Part shown: one piece after another, positions 27,400 through 36,645 of the stretch | How the letters are laid out: every line of letters begins with the position of its first letter | How positions within the stretch are numbered: position 1 is the stretch's first letter | Assembly (NCBI GenBank): GCA_963422635.1 | Contig: OY730415.1 | Location: 1,139,343-1,203,342, forward strand | Reading direction: 5' to 3' | Source of the DNA: Dehalococcoidia bacterium | GTDB lineage: Bacteria; Chloroflexota; Dehalococcoidia; Lucifugimonadales; UBA3495 | Length of the DNA stretch: 64,000 bases | Notes under the pieces: model-generated | The model's input: only the letters and a program-made list of their open reading frames with translations | Told to the model about the DNA's origin: nothing | Databases searched by the model: none | Made by a program: the position numbers and the translations under genes

Positions 27400-27579
27400 T
27401 TACAGCGCTCCGACGGAGTATTTGCTGTTGTGAGCTTCGGCCAGCTCGCGGTCGAACCGTTCCCGTTCCGACATAGCCGGCCCGTTCAGCCCCTCGCAGG
27501 CGGCTCCCAGGCCTCGGGCGATTCGGTTGAACAGCCCGTTGTGGTTGTGGTCGAAGTGTATGTGGAAGTGGGTGTGCAT
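27400..27579 (-). CDS. Small His-rich protein (59 aa), paralog of 27149-27340; below the ORF-track length cut-off
   Basis: My translation is MHTHFHIHFDHNHNGLFNRIARGLGAACEGLNGPAMSERERFDRELAEAHNSKYSVGAL. An AAAGGAGG RBS lies 6 nt before ATG (27579-27577) and the stop is TAA (27402-27400). Confidence 0.6.
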   Translation of the reverse strand: MHTHFHIHFDHNHNGLFNRIARGLGAACEGLNGPAMSERERFDRELAEAHNSKYSVGAL

Positions 27580-27640
27580 TTGTTGCCTCCTTTTTTCTAG
27601 CTGTAGCAGAAATACTAATCAGCTATTACTATTGAATATG

Positions 27641-27669
27641 ATGATACACGCCTTTTATTATGTTGTCAA
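27641..27669 (-). promoter_or_regulatory. Sigma70-like promoter of the two-small-gene operon
   Basis: On the minus strand: TTGACA (27669-27664), 17 nt spacer, TATCAT (27646-27641), with TG immediately upstream. The surrounding DNA is very AT-rich. Confidence 0.65.
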
Positions 27670-27796
27670 GCGATAATGTAAATAATTTGTTATTGATTTA
27701 TTAAATATATCTTTTATGGATTCGCGGGGTTGAGAGGAAGGAGCGGAGGTGAGGAGGCGTTGGCCCAAGCTGAGTTGCCCGGCTTGGGGTTGTTTC

Positions 27797-27831
27797 CGTA
27801 AAAGCGTCGGGGCCGGCTTCAAGCCGGCCCC
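27797..27831 (-). terminator. Putative intrinsic terminator downstream of the LLM oxidoreductase gene
   Basis: Stem GGGGCCGGC/GCCGGCCCC (27809-27831) with loop TTCAA, followed on the minus strand by GACGCTTTTAC. Confidence 0.5.
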
Positions 27832-27898
27832 GGTTGGCCCGAACAACAACGACCGAGTTCGGTGGGGGGAGGGAGCGGTTAGGCCGATGGGGGTTCCG

Positions 27899-28801
27899 CT
27901 ACCAGTCGCCTACTCCGGTCAGGGCTTCCCGGAAACGGGCGATAGCCTGGATATGCGCTGCGGCGCCGCTCAAGCCGCTGCGCCGGGTTTCTACTGTGAT
28001 GCTGGCTGCGCCTAGGGACTGCCAGCCTTTGGCCTCGTCCACCCAGTCTTGCGGCGGTTTGTGGTTGATGCGGATGCGGCCTTCGATACCGACGGCGGCG
28101 GGATCGCGCCCGGCGGCCCGGACGTATTCCCGGAGGGTTTCGATGGCGGCCCGCCCCGGTTCGTCCGGCGGAAAGTTGGGGAACCAGCCGTCGGAGATGG
28201 CGGCGATGCGGCGCAGCGCTGGCTCCGGCGGGAGGGGGCGGGCTCCGCTGCCGGCCCCCAGCCAGATCGGGATGGGACGCTGCACGGGCAGGGGGTTTAG
28301 GCCAGCGTAGGTAACCCGGTGCCAGCGCCTCTTAAAGTTTACGACTGGCTGCGTCCACAAGGCTCGCAGCAGGGCAATTTGCTCCTCGCTGCGCCGGCCC
28401 CGGTCGTGGAAGTTTCGGTTCAGGGCCTCGTATTCTACGGGGTTCCAGCCGACGCCGATGCCCAGTCGCAGCCGACCACCGCTGAGCAGGTCCACCTCCG
28501 ACGCTTGCTTGGCGACCAGCGCGGTGGCTCGCTGGGGCAGGATCAGGATGCCGGTGGTTAGCCCGATGGTTTTGGTGATGGCGGCCAGGTAGCCTAGTAG
28601 GGTAAAGGATTCGTGGATGACGCTGTGGTGCGTGTAGTAGGAGCCGGTCAGGGGAGAATGGCGGGTGGCGTCGGCGCCCAGCACGTGGTCGGCGACGAAT
28701 AGGTGGGAATAGCGTAGCTCCTCGGCGGCTTGGGCGTACTCGCGGATGGCGCCGGGGTCGGCTCCGATTTCGGTCTGCGGAAAAATAGCTCCGATTTGCA
28801 T
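27899..28801 (-). CDS. LLM-class (luciferase-like) oxidoreductase, probably F420-dependent
   Basis: 300 aa. MQIGAIFPQTEIGADPGAIREYAQAAEELRYSHLFVADHV... is the typical N-terminus of F420-dependent LLM proteins. Confidence 0.8.
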   Translation of the reverse strand: MQIGAIFPQTEIGADPGAIREYAQAAEELRYSHLFVADHVLGADATRHSPLTGSYYTHHSVIHESFTLLGYLAAITKTIGLTTGILILPQRATALVAKQASEVDLLSGGRLRLGIGVGWNPVEYEALNRNFHDRGRRSEEQIALLRALWTQPVVNFKRRWHRVTYAGLNPLPVQRPIPIWLGAGSGARPLPPEPALRRIAAISDGWFPNFPPDEPGRAAIETLREYVRAAGRDPAAVGIEGRIRINHKPPQDWVDEAKGWQSLGAASITVETRRSGLSGAAAHIQAIARFREALTGVGDW

Positions 28802-28906
28802 TAGCGGCTCCCTTAGCTCAAAGGATAAGGATGGGGTTTATAGCCGGCCAAGTAAGGCGGCGATGATATAATTAGGGTAAGTAAATAGCGCTGAGGTATT
28901 CTTGAT

Positions 28907-29323
28907 TTGCCGATTCGTCTGGACAAGCTTACTCTGAATTTCATAATAGCAGTGGTTTTAACCGATTGTCAGGTGGTGTTCTTTGCTTGGTACGAGGTGT
29001 TTTACAGGGATCAGGACTCTCTGCTGGCGACGCTCATTGGCGTTGGGATCGGCGTAACCATAGCCTTGGCAGTAACTATTACGACTTTTGCCCATTGGGA
29101 GGTGGTCAGGATGATTTCCGAGAGATACCTGAAGCAGAGGTTTAATGCGGGGAAGGAAGAGGGGAGAGAAGAGGGCAAGGAAGAGGGGAGAGAAGAGGGG
29201 AGGACGGAGACCCTGGAAGAGGAGCGCAAACGCATCAAGGAAGCCCTGGAAGAGATTGGAGGTAAACTTACGCCGGAGGAGCAGGAACGCTTGCTGGGTA
29301 CGTCGGATGGGAAACGTTCTTGA
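28907..29323 (+). CDS. Two-TM membrane protein with an (EEG[RK])n repeat, paralog-like to 13373-13861
   Basis: 138 aa. Two hydrophobic segments are followed by GKEEGREEGKEEGREEGRTE (12-nt repeats at 29151-29203) and a charged helical tail. Confidence 0.6.
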   Translation: MPIRLDKLTLNFIIAVVLTDCQVVFFAWYEVFYRDQDSLLATLIGVGIGVTIALAVTITTFAHWEVVRMISERYLKQRFNAGKEEGREEGKEEGREEGRTETLEEERKRIKEALEEIGGKLTPEEQERLLGTSDGKRS

Positions 29324-29441
29324 ACTGCGCTGCGGCGGTTCTTCCGGTTATGCATTTTCCGATCCTTTTAGGGGATTGTAAATGCAAGAAGGCGATTGCC
29401 TCGGTATAATCTTCGCCAAAGGGTGAAGCAGCGGTCGGGCT

Positions 29442-29935
29442 TTACCCCCGCCGCCGGTATTCGTCGCCGCAGTCGCCGATTAGCTCCAGCAAGTTCCGGG
29501 ACCGGTTGGTTACTTCTCCAATGGCCGCTGCGTCGGTATCGTCCTGGTATTCCCACCAGGGGAATTGCGGTAAGTCCAGCGTAGCCACGTCCGTCCGGCG
29601 CCGGGCCGAGTCCTCGTTGCTTTCCCCAATCTGCCGGGTCATCGGGCTGGGCTGAGTCGCCCGTTTGGCGAAAGCCTGAAGGGCGGCCAGGGCCGCTGCG
29701 CCTCGGGTCTGGGTCGGTTGCCGACGGAGCTCCCCGATGAAGTTCTCTGCCGGGCCGTAGTGGTCGGCCAGGTCTCAAATGGTTAAACCGGCGCCCAGGT
29801 AGTCGAACATGCTCGGCCCCGTCGCCGTCGGGTCAATGCGGCCGCGGATGCCGGCCACCGGCCCCATCCGGTTCAGCAGACGATAGATGGTCAAGTCCGG
29901 GGGAATCGAAACTGGCCGGTCTCCGATAGATTCAT
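29442..29935 (-). pseudogene. Degraded small HTH-like gene (frameshift plus in-frame TGA)
   Basis: A strong RBS (AGGAGG) plus ATG at 29935 opens a frame that stops after 14 codons. The adjacent frame continues ...DLTIYRLLNRMGPVAGIRGRIDPTATGPSMFDYLGAGLTI*DLADHYGP..., with TGA at 29775-29777, down to stop 29442. The G-run at 29899-29903 is the likely frameshift site. Confidence 0.4.
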
Positions 29936-30063
29936 TGGGGCCTCCTGCGCCGACTTTAATCCAGCATTCCGGCCCAGCCTATTGTATAGTATCATTCCTA
30001 CATTCCCCGTTTCCGCGCCGTTTTGGGGCAGATTATCTTGGGAAAGTTATGAGGAGGTAGGTA

Positions 30064-31179
30064 ATGGGCCTGGCATCCGGAAAGATTCGCTTGGGTATTA
30101 TTGGCGCCAACGCGCAGCTGGGTTGGGCGCCCCGCTCCCACCTGCCGGCGGTTGTCGCCAGCCCGGAGTTTGAGCTTACTGCCGTGGGTACCACCCGCCG
30201 GGAGAGCGCTGAGGAGTCGGCCCGGCAGTTCGGGGCGCGGCTGGCTTTTGACGATTATCGGGACTTGGTGGCGCACCCGGACATTGACGCTGTGGTCGTG
30301 GCGCTGCGGGTACCTTCGCATTATGCGCCGACGGTGGCTGCCCTCAACGCTGGCAAACACGTCTATACTGAGTGGCCGTTGGGTCAGACCACGGCGCAGG
30401 CCGTCGAGATGGCTGACTTGGCCCGGGCCAAGGGGGTGCGCAATATGGCGGGTCTGCAAGCGCGGAAGGCGCCGGCCCTGCTATATCTGAAGGAACTGGT
30501 GGCGGACGGCTACGTTGGCGAGACGCTGTCCTGCCATTTGAGCTTGGTGCGCGGTGGTTCTTTGGAGCGTCATTCCACCCGCACTTGGCAGCGGGACAAC
30601 GAATTGGGAGCGCATACCTTGACCATTGCCGCCGGCCACAGCATTGACGCTTTGCGCTTTGTCGTCGGCGATTTCAGCCATGTTTCCGCGGTGGTTTCGA
30701 CCCAGGTCGGGGAGTGGTTGGAGACGGATACGGGGCGGCGGGTGGAGGTAACCTCGCCGGACAACGTTCTGGTCAGCGGGCGGCTGAAAAACGGGGGCGT
30801 AGCTTCGGCGCACGTTGCCAGCAATCCTTGGGCCGGTAGCGGCCTGCGGATGGAAATCTACGGTAGGGAGGGGACGCTGGCGGCTTCCTCGGCGGACTCG
30901 CCCCAGTTGGGCGACGTAACCCTTTCGGGGGTACAAGGTCGGGGCGCGCTGCAACCGCTGGAGATACCGGCCCGTTTCCGCTATGTGCTGGAGGAGATGC
31001 CTCAAGGGGAACCCTATAACGTGGGGCAGATGTATTACCAGTTTGGCGAGGCTATCCGCTCCGGCCAGGATTGCCAACCGGACTTTGACACGGCGGTGGA
31101 ACTGCATTATCTGGTCGATGCTATCCGCCAGGCTTCGGATGAAGGCCGGGAGGTGGCGGTTTCCGCGTCCGCCGGGTAA
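30064..31179 (+). CDS. Gfo/Idh/MocA-family oxidoreductase
   Basis: IRLGIIGANAQLG Rossmann N-terminus, EWPL motif, 371 aa. GAGGAGG RBS. Confidence 0.85.
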   Translation: MGLASGKIRLGIIGANAQLGWAPRSHLPAVVASPEFELTAVGTTRRESAEESARQFGARLAFDDYRDLVAHPDIDAVVVALRVPSHYAPTVAALNAGKHVYTEWPLGQTTAQAVEMADLARAKGVRNMAGLQARKAPALLYLKELVADGYVGETLSCHLSLVRGGSLERHSTRTWQRDNELGAHTLTIAAGHSIDALRFVVGDFSHVSAVVSTQVGEWLETDTGRRVEVTSPDNVLVSGRLKNGGVASAHVASNPWAGSGLRMEIYGREGTLAASSADSPQLGDVTLSGVQGRGALQPLEIPARFRYVLEEMPQGEPYNVGQMYYQFGEAIRSGQDCQPDFDTAVELHYLVDAIRQASDEGREVAVSASAG

Positions 31180-31418
31180 GGCCGAAGTTCGCCGGTTGGC
31201 GGAACGCAGGGCGTTAAAGATGCGGTCCCACGACCGGGGTTTGTCATAGATAATAGATAGTAGATAGAGGCAGGGACAGCGCCGGGAATCGGGGCAGCGG
31301 AGAGGGTTGCCGCATAAATACAGGCTCAATGCGGTTTTCGACGGCTGCCCGACCGGACTAATGATTTTGGCTGCCTTCGCCGGCGTGCTGACCGGCCGAT
31401 TTTCGACGGCTGACTGGA

Positions 31419-31826
31419 CTAAGGCCTTTCTTCCAGCGCTCCTGGCAGGTCGGCCAAGTTGAACACGATGGCGTCGACGGCTTTGTGCATAATGTCCGGC
31501 TCGTCGCCGTCGTGCCAGAGCAGCACGGTGCGCTTGCCGGCGCCGATGCCGTAGCCCAGTTCCAGGTGGGCCGAGCGGCCGCAGGGGAGGACACAGACTA
31601 CGGCGTCGCAGTTGACCAAGGCTTCCATATCCCGGCGGAATATGGACTGGACTTGGGGCCGGTTTAGGACGTGGAGCAATTCCGCGGAACTTACCCCGCC
31701 GGTATGGTTCTCCGCATAGCCCCCTTGTCGGCGAAAGTCGTAAACGTCGTGGCCGGCGGCGCAGAGAACTGCCAACGCTTTCGGGTAAACTTCGTTGCGC
31801 CAGGAACTGGCTAGGTAAACTTTCAT
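31419..31826 (-). CDS. Nucleoside 2-deoxyribosyltransferase-like protein
   Basis: KVYLASSWRN...CDAVVCVLPCGRSAHLELGYGIGAGK resembles the NDT-like (Nuc_deoxyri_tr2-type) fold. The start is taken at ATG 31826. Confidence 0.55.
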   Translation of the reverse strand: MKVYLASSWRNEVYPKALAVLCAAGHDVYDFRRQGGYAENHTGGVSSAELLHVLNRPQVQSIFRRDMEALVNCDAVVCVLPCGRSAHLELGYGIGAGKRTVLLWHDGDEPDIMHKAVDAIVFNLADLPGALEERP

Positions 31827-32295
31827 CAAGACACGCCTCGGTATTGTTCGCATAAGGCCCGGCCCTGGTTCGCTGCCCGGCCGGACTTCATTACAAGTAT
31901 CTCAGGAATTATAAAGAAATCTGATCAAAAGGGCTTTGTTCCAAAAGGCGTGAATCCGGGGAACTTTGGGAACTAACCGGCTGGTTGCGCAAGGCCTCTG
32001 GGCTATTGGTCGGAATTGGGATTCAGCATTTTAGTCAATATCAGACTGAAACGTCCGGCAATAGCGGGTTGGTTGCTCCGCTACCTTCGTTCACGCAGAC
32101 ACATTAGAGAACCGCAAGACACCCTTGACCGAAGGTTTCGTACATATGCGGAACCTTCGGCTTTCGGCTTGGCGCAATCAGGCGGATAATCCCCCCAAAT
32201 ACGGGATAGTGTTCGTCCTGGTTCCTGTCGACCTTTACCCTGGTATTCTCCGCGCTGAATTGGCAGCTTAACCTTAATCGGCATCACTCTCAACC

Positions 32296-32318
32296 GTTAT
32301 TCCGGCGCTGGCCGGGAT
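32296..32318. repeat. REP-like palindromic element copy
   Basis: GTTATTCCGGCGCTGGCCGGGAT, intergenic. Confidence 0.6.
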
Positions 32319-32429
32319 GCGCGCTCTGCGCTACCCGCCAAGTAGGGGCCGGCAAGGATAGGTAGCAATCCCGGCCTTGGTGGAGTATCATACCCTTAAC
32401 CTGCATCCGGCAAGCAAGGAGGCGTCCTT

Positions 32430-33419
32430 ATGGCAGACAAGATGACTATTCTGGTAGGCACCGTGGGCCAAGGCATTATCCGCAGCGCCGATGGCGGCGA
32501 CAGCTGGCAGCGGGTCGGCATTAACCAGGGCCTGCACTCGGACGCCTTGGTGCGAACTGTGGTGAACCATCCTGACCGGCCGGAAATCCTCTTTTCCGGC
32601 ACCGACCGGGGCCTTTACCGCAGTGATGACGCCGGCAGGTCTTGGCGTCGCGGGGACTCGCTCCTCAGCGATTATTGCGTCTGGTCGATAGCTATCGACT
32701 CGGCGGACCCGCAGACGATGTATGCTGGCACGGGCACTCCCGACCCGGCTGCTATTTTTCGTTCCGGCGACGGCGGCCAGACTTGGGAAAAGCGGCCGGC
32801 GGAGGTGGCCGAGACTTGTCCGGCGGTGGGCGTCCCCCGGGTTACCGGCATCGCGATTGACCCGACCAACCGCCGGGATATTTGGGTCGGTTTCGAGGTG
32901 GACGGGGTACGCCACAGCGCCGATGGCGGCGATACTTGGGAGAAGGTCAATCATGGGGCGATTCCCAACCTGGACATTCACAATGTGGCGGTGGCTGCCG
33001 GGCCGCCTAAAACGGTGGTCGTGGTGGTCAACGATGATGTTTATACCAGCGATGATGACGGGGCCAGTTGGAACGCGGTAGGCGTCCGGGAGGCCTTCCC
33101 CTATACTTACCCTCGGGGCATTATGGTTCAGCCTGACGACCCTCGGACCATTTTCGTAACCATTGGCGATACTACGCCCGGCCGGGTGGGCGCGGTGATG
33201 CGCTCTAAAGACGTTGGCAAAACTTGGGAAAGTTTGCCCTTGCCGGCGCCTCCGAACACCGCGATGTGGGTGGTAAATGTCCAGCCCTTTGACCCGAAGG
33301 TGGTCTTGGCCGGCAGCCGCTATGGTTACTTGTATCGCAGCGATGACGGGGGCGATTCTTGGCAAAAGTTGTGGCGCGAGTTCAGCGAGATTTCGTCGGT
33401 TACCTGGATTCCCGCTTAA
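32430..33419 (+). CDS. BNR/Asp-box repeat beta-propeller protein
   Basis: Seven SxDxGxSW/TW Asp-boxes: SADGGDSWQ, SDDAGRSWR, SGDGGQTWE, SADGGDTWE, SDDDGASWN, SKDVGKTWE, SDDGGDSWQ. AAGGAGG RBS. Confidence 0.85.
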   Translation: MADKMTILVGTVGQGIIRSADGGDSWQRVGINQGLHSDALVRTVVNHPDRPEILFSGTDRGLYRSDDAGRSWRRGDSLLSDYCVWSIAIDSADPQTMYAGTGTPDPAAIFRSGDGGQTWEKRPAEVAETCPAVGVPRVTGIAIDPTNRRDIWVGFEVDGVRHSADGGDTWEKVNHGAIPNLDIHNVAVAAGPPKTVVVVVNDDVYTSDDDGASWNAVGVREAFPYTYPRGIMVQPDDPRTIFVTIGDTTPGRVGAVMRSKDVGKTWESLPLPAPPNTAMWVVNVQPFDPKVVLAGSRYGYLYRSDDGGDSWQKLWREFSEISSVTWIPA

Positions 33420-33556
33420 ACCCGGGATTAAATCCCGAATTGGGCCGCCGCTGGGGTAGCCCTGGCGGCCGGCCGGTTTTTTGATGCGGGGCGTCGGTAA
33501 TGGGCGCTCTCGCCGGGAGAGAGGGGCCGACACAAGTCAAGTAAGGAAAGCAGCCG

Positions 33557-34597
33557 ATGAAATTCGCCTTTTTTAGTCATGTTCCCTGGCCGGAAGGGGC
33601 CGAGCCGCAACAGATTATTGCGGATACGACGGAGCAGATTCAGTATGCCGAGGAGTTGGGCTTTGTCAGCGCCTGGCTCGCCGAGCATCACTTTACGCGC
33701 TACAGTATGGTGCCTTCCTCCCTGATTTTGGCGACTCATATCGCCGCCCGGACTAGCCGGATTAGGGTGGGGACGGCGGTGTTGGTATCGCCGCTGCATA
33801 ACCCGATGCGGTTGGCGGAGGATGCCGCAATGTTGGATCTGGTCAGCAACGGACGGCTGGATGTGGGTTTTGGCCGCGGCTCCGGCGGTTATGAATACGC
33901 CGGCTATGGGTTGGATCCGGCGGAAAGCGCGGAGCGGTTTCAGGACTCGGTCAAAATCGTTCAGGGCTTGTGGACTACCCCTGGTTTCAGCTACGAAAGC
34001 CGTTTTAACCGGTTGGAGGATATTAACCTGGTGCCGCCGCCGGTGCAGCAGCCGCATCCGCCCATCTACATTGCCGCTACCCGCACCCAAGCCACCCTGG
34101 ATTTTCTGGTTTCCACCGGCCACAACCTGTGTATCGCGGTAGTTCAGGACACCGCGGACGCCCTGGATTTGTGTCACCGCTTCGTTGAGATGTCCGCGGC
34201 GGCGGGCAATAATCGGCCGATGTCGGAAATCCCGTTCTTTCGCTACTTTTATGTGGGCGAAACTGAGGAACAGGTGCGCCGGGACACGGAAGAGCGCATT
34301 AACTGGGTCGCTGACATAATGCAGTGGCGGCGGTTTATCCCCAGCGGCAGCGAGGTTTATCGCCGGATGGACGACTGGCGGCGGCAGCGTACCCAACTGC
34401 CTGACAGCTATGATTATTTGACGGCGAACCGGGCCATTATCGGCACTCCTGACCAGTGTGTGGCCCAGCTAAAGGAGCTGCAAGCTCACGGTATCGACTA
34501 CTTTGGTTGTAACTTCGATTTCGGCGGTATGAGCCGGGACAAGGTGGCGCGCTCTATGGAGTTGTTCGGCCAGGAGGTGATGCCTCGGCTGGGCTAG
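33557..34597 (+). CDS. LLM-class flavin-dependent oxidoreductase (luciferase-like monooxygenase)
   Basis: 346 aa with LGFVSAWLAEHHF and GRLDVGFGRG, a typical LLM fold. Confidence 0.85.
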   Translation: MKFAFFSHVPWPEGAEPQQIIADTTEQIQYAEELGFVSAWLAEHHFTRYSMVPSSLILATHIAARTSRIRVGTAVLVSPLHNPMRLAEDAAMLDLVSNGRLDVGFGRGSGGYEYAGYGLDPAESAERFQDSVKIVQGLWTTPGFSYESRFNRLEDINLVPPPVQQPHPPIYIAATRTQATLDFLVSTGHNLCIAVVQDTADALDLCHRFVEMSAAAGNNRPMSEIPFFRYFYVGETEEQVRRDTEERINWVADIMQWRRFIPSGSEVYRRMDDWRRQRTQLPDSYDYLTANRAIIGTPDQCVAQLKELQAHGIDYFGCNFDFGGMSRDKVARSMELFGQEVMPRLG

Positions 34598-34666
34598 AGT
34601 AGAGCGACTGGAGCAAGTCTTGCGGGGCGCAGCTACTGGGGGCTGGCGGGATGCTGGCGTCCCGGC

Positions 34667-34693
34667 GTCATTCCGGCGCTGGCTGGGAGCCGG
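34667..34693. repeat. REP-like palindromic element copy
   Basis: GTCATTCCGGCGCTGGCTGGGAGCCGG, intergenic between the LLM gene and mnmA. Confidence 0.6.
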
Positions 34694-34845
34694 AAACTCT
34701 AGGCCCAAGGTAGCTTGTAGCTTGACGAAGGTAAGAGCTTCCGGGATGCCGGCGAAATCCGGAAGGGCTGTCGCCTTTAGCCAGCCCTTCCGGATTTCAA
34801 TCTTCGGTTGTACCGCTGGCCTGGGTATGCTAGGCTAATTTGGCT

Positions 34846-35997
34846 ATGGTTAATCGGGAAGGGAGCAGCAACCGGGTAGTTGTCGCGATGAGTGGCGGGG
34901 TGGATTCCGCGGTAGCCGCCCTGCTTTTGCGGCGGCAGGGCTATGACTTGGTAGGCGTTACGATGAAGCTTTATAGTCTGGAGCAAGCCGACTTGCCCGA
35001 CTACTACCGGGGTTGCTGCACGGTGGATGATGTGGACGATGCCCGGCGGGTCTGCCAGTTGCTGGAGATCCCGCATTATGTTCTCAACGTGCAGCGGGAG
35101 TTTCAGGCTCATGTTATCGACTATTTTTGCGCCGAGTATCAGCAGGGCCGCACGCCGCATCCCTGCATTGCTTGCAATGACAAGATAAAGTTCAGCTTTC
35201 TGGCGGGACGGGCCGCCATTCTCGAGGCGGCCTACGTTGCCACCGGCCACTATGCCCGGATTGAACTGGGCGCGGCCGGCCGGCTGTCTTTGAAGAGCGG
35301 GTTGGACGCCGCCAAGGACCAGTCTTACGTTCTCTTTGGAATGGGGCAAGAGGAGTTGTCCCGCACCCTGCTTCCGGTGGGCGGCTATGCCAAGTCGGAC
35401 ATCCGCCAACTGGCGCGGTCGGCCGGTTTTCCTAATGCGGAAAAGTCGGATAGTCAGGATATTTGTTTCATTCCCTTTGGCGACTACCAGGCTTTTCTGG
35501 CGGAACGAGTAGTCACGGCGGCTGGGGAGATTGTGGATAGGGACGGGCAGGTATTGGGGCGGCACCGGGGCATCGAGTTTTTTACTGTGGGCCAGCGGCG
35601 GGGATTGGGGATCACCGGCCCGGAACCGCTTTATGTGCTGCGGTTGGAGCCGGAAACCAACCGGGTGGTGGTCGGCCCCGAAAGCGGCTTGTACCAGGAT
35701 CGGATGGTTGTTTCCCGGGTCAATTATATTGCTGGCGCGCCCCCGGCCGGGCCGACGCCGGCAGGGGTGAAAATCCGCTATCAGTTTACGCCGGCGTCGG
35801 CGGTGGTTTACCCCGACCTGGAGGGCCGGCCCGACCGCGCCCTGGTCTGTTTCGACCGGCCGCAGCGGGCGATCACTCCCGGCCAGGCGGCGGTGTTCTA
35901 CCAGGAGGATACGGTGCTGGGCGGCGGGTTTATCGACTCTGGCCCACCAGAGTCGCCGTCGGGGCCGGGGCCGGGGTCGTTGCCGGTAGAGGCCTAG
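34846..35997 (+). CDS. mnmA: tRNA-specific 2-thiouridylase
   Basis: VVVAMSGGVDSAV PP-loop, CIACNDKIKF and GHYAR motifs. Confidence 0.95.
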   Translation: MVNREGSSNRVVVAMSGGVDSAVAALLLRRQGYDLVGVTMKLYSLEQADLPDYYRGCCTVDDVDDARRVCQLLEIPHYVLNVQREFQAHVIDYFCAEYQQGRTPHPCIACNDKIKFSFLAGRAAILEAAYVATGHYARIELGAAGRLSLKSGLDAAKDQSYVLFGMGQEELSRTLLPVGGYAKSDIRQLARSAGFPNAEKSDSQDICFIPFGDYQAFLAERVVTAAGEIVDRDGQVLGRHRGIEFFTVGQRRGLGITGPEPLYVLRLEPETNRVVVGPESGLYQDRMVVSRVNYIAGAPPAGPTPAGVKIRYQFTPASAVVYPDLEGRPDRALVCFDRPQRAITPGQAAVFYQEDTVLGGGFIDSGPPESPSGPGPGSLPVEA

Positions 35998-36002
35998 CTC
36001 TT

Positions 36003-36638
36003 ATGCCGGACTTGTCCCTGGAACGACAGCTTTACCGGCGGGGAGTGACGCGGGTGGCCGGGGTGGACGAGGCGGGACGAGGGCCGCTGGCCGGGCCGGT
36101 GGCGGCGGCGGCGGTAATCTTGCCTCCTGACCTGTCCGGCGCGGAACCTTGGCTGGCGGCGCTGGACGACAGCAAGCGGCTGTCTGCCCGGCAGCGGGAA
36201 AGGGGGTTGCAATTGATTGAGGAACACGCCCTGGCGGTATCCGTCGCCGAGGAGTCGCCGGAGGAAATCGACCGCTGGGGCATTGGCGACGCCGTCATCC
36301 GGGCGATGTTGCGCGCGGTGGCCGGCTTGGCGGTTGCGCCCCAGCACCTGTTGTTGGACTATGTGCCGATTAAGGAATGTCCTTATCCCTTTGATACGCT
36401 AGTCAAGGGGGATGGCCGCAGCTATTCCATCGCCGCCGCCTCGATTGTCGCCAAGGTTACCCGCGACCGGAGTATGGAACAGGCCGAAGCTCGCTACCCG
36501 GGCTACGCTTTTGCCCGTAACAAGGGCTATCCGACGGCGCAGCACCGCGCTCAGCTGCAAAAGCTGGGCCCTTGCCCTTTGCATCGCCGCTCCTTTGCGC
36601 CGGTGCGTCAGGCGGCCCGGCTTGGGGAGGCTGACTAG
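36003..36638 (+). CDS. rnhB: Ribonuclease HII
   Basis: VAGVDEAGRGPLAGPV and DSKRLS motifs; 211 aa. Confidence 0.93.
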   Translation: MPDLSLERQLYRRGVTRVAGVDEAGRGPLAGPVAAAAVILPPDLSGAEPWLAALDDSKRLSARQRERGLQLIEEHALAVSVAEESPEEIDRWGIGDAVIRAMLRAVAGLAVAPQHLLLDYVPIKECPYPFDTLVKGDGRSYSIAAASIVAKVTRDRSMEQAEARYPGYAFARNKGYPTAQHRAQLQKLGPCPLHRRSFAPVRQAARLGEAD

Positions 36639-36645
36639 TTTGTCG

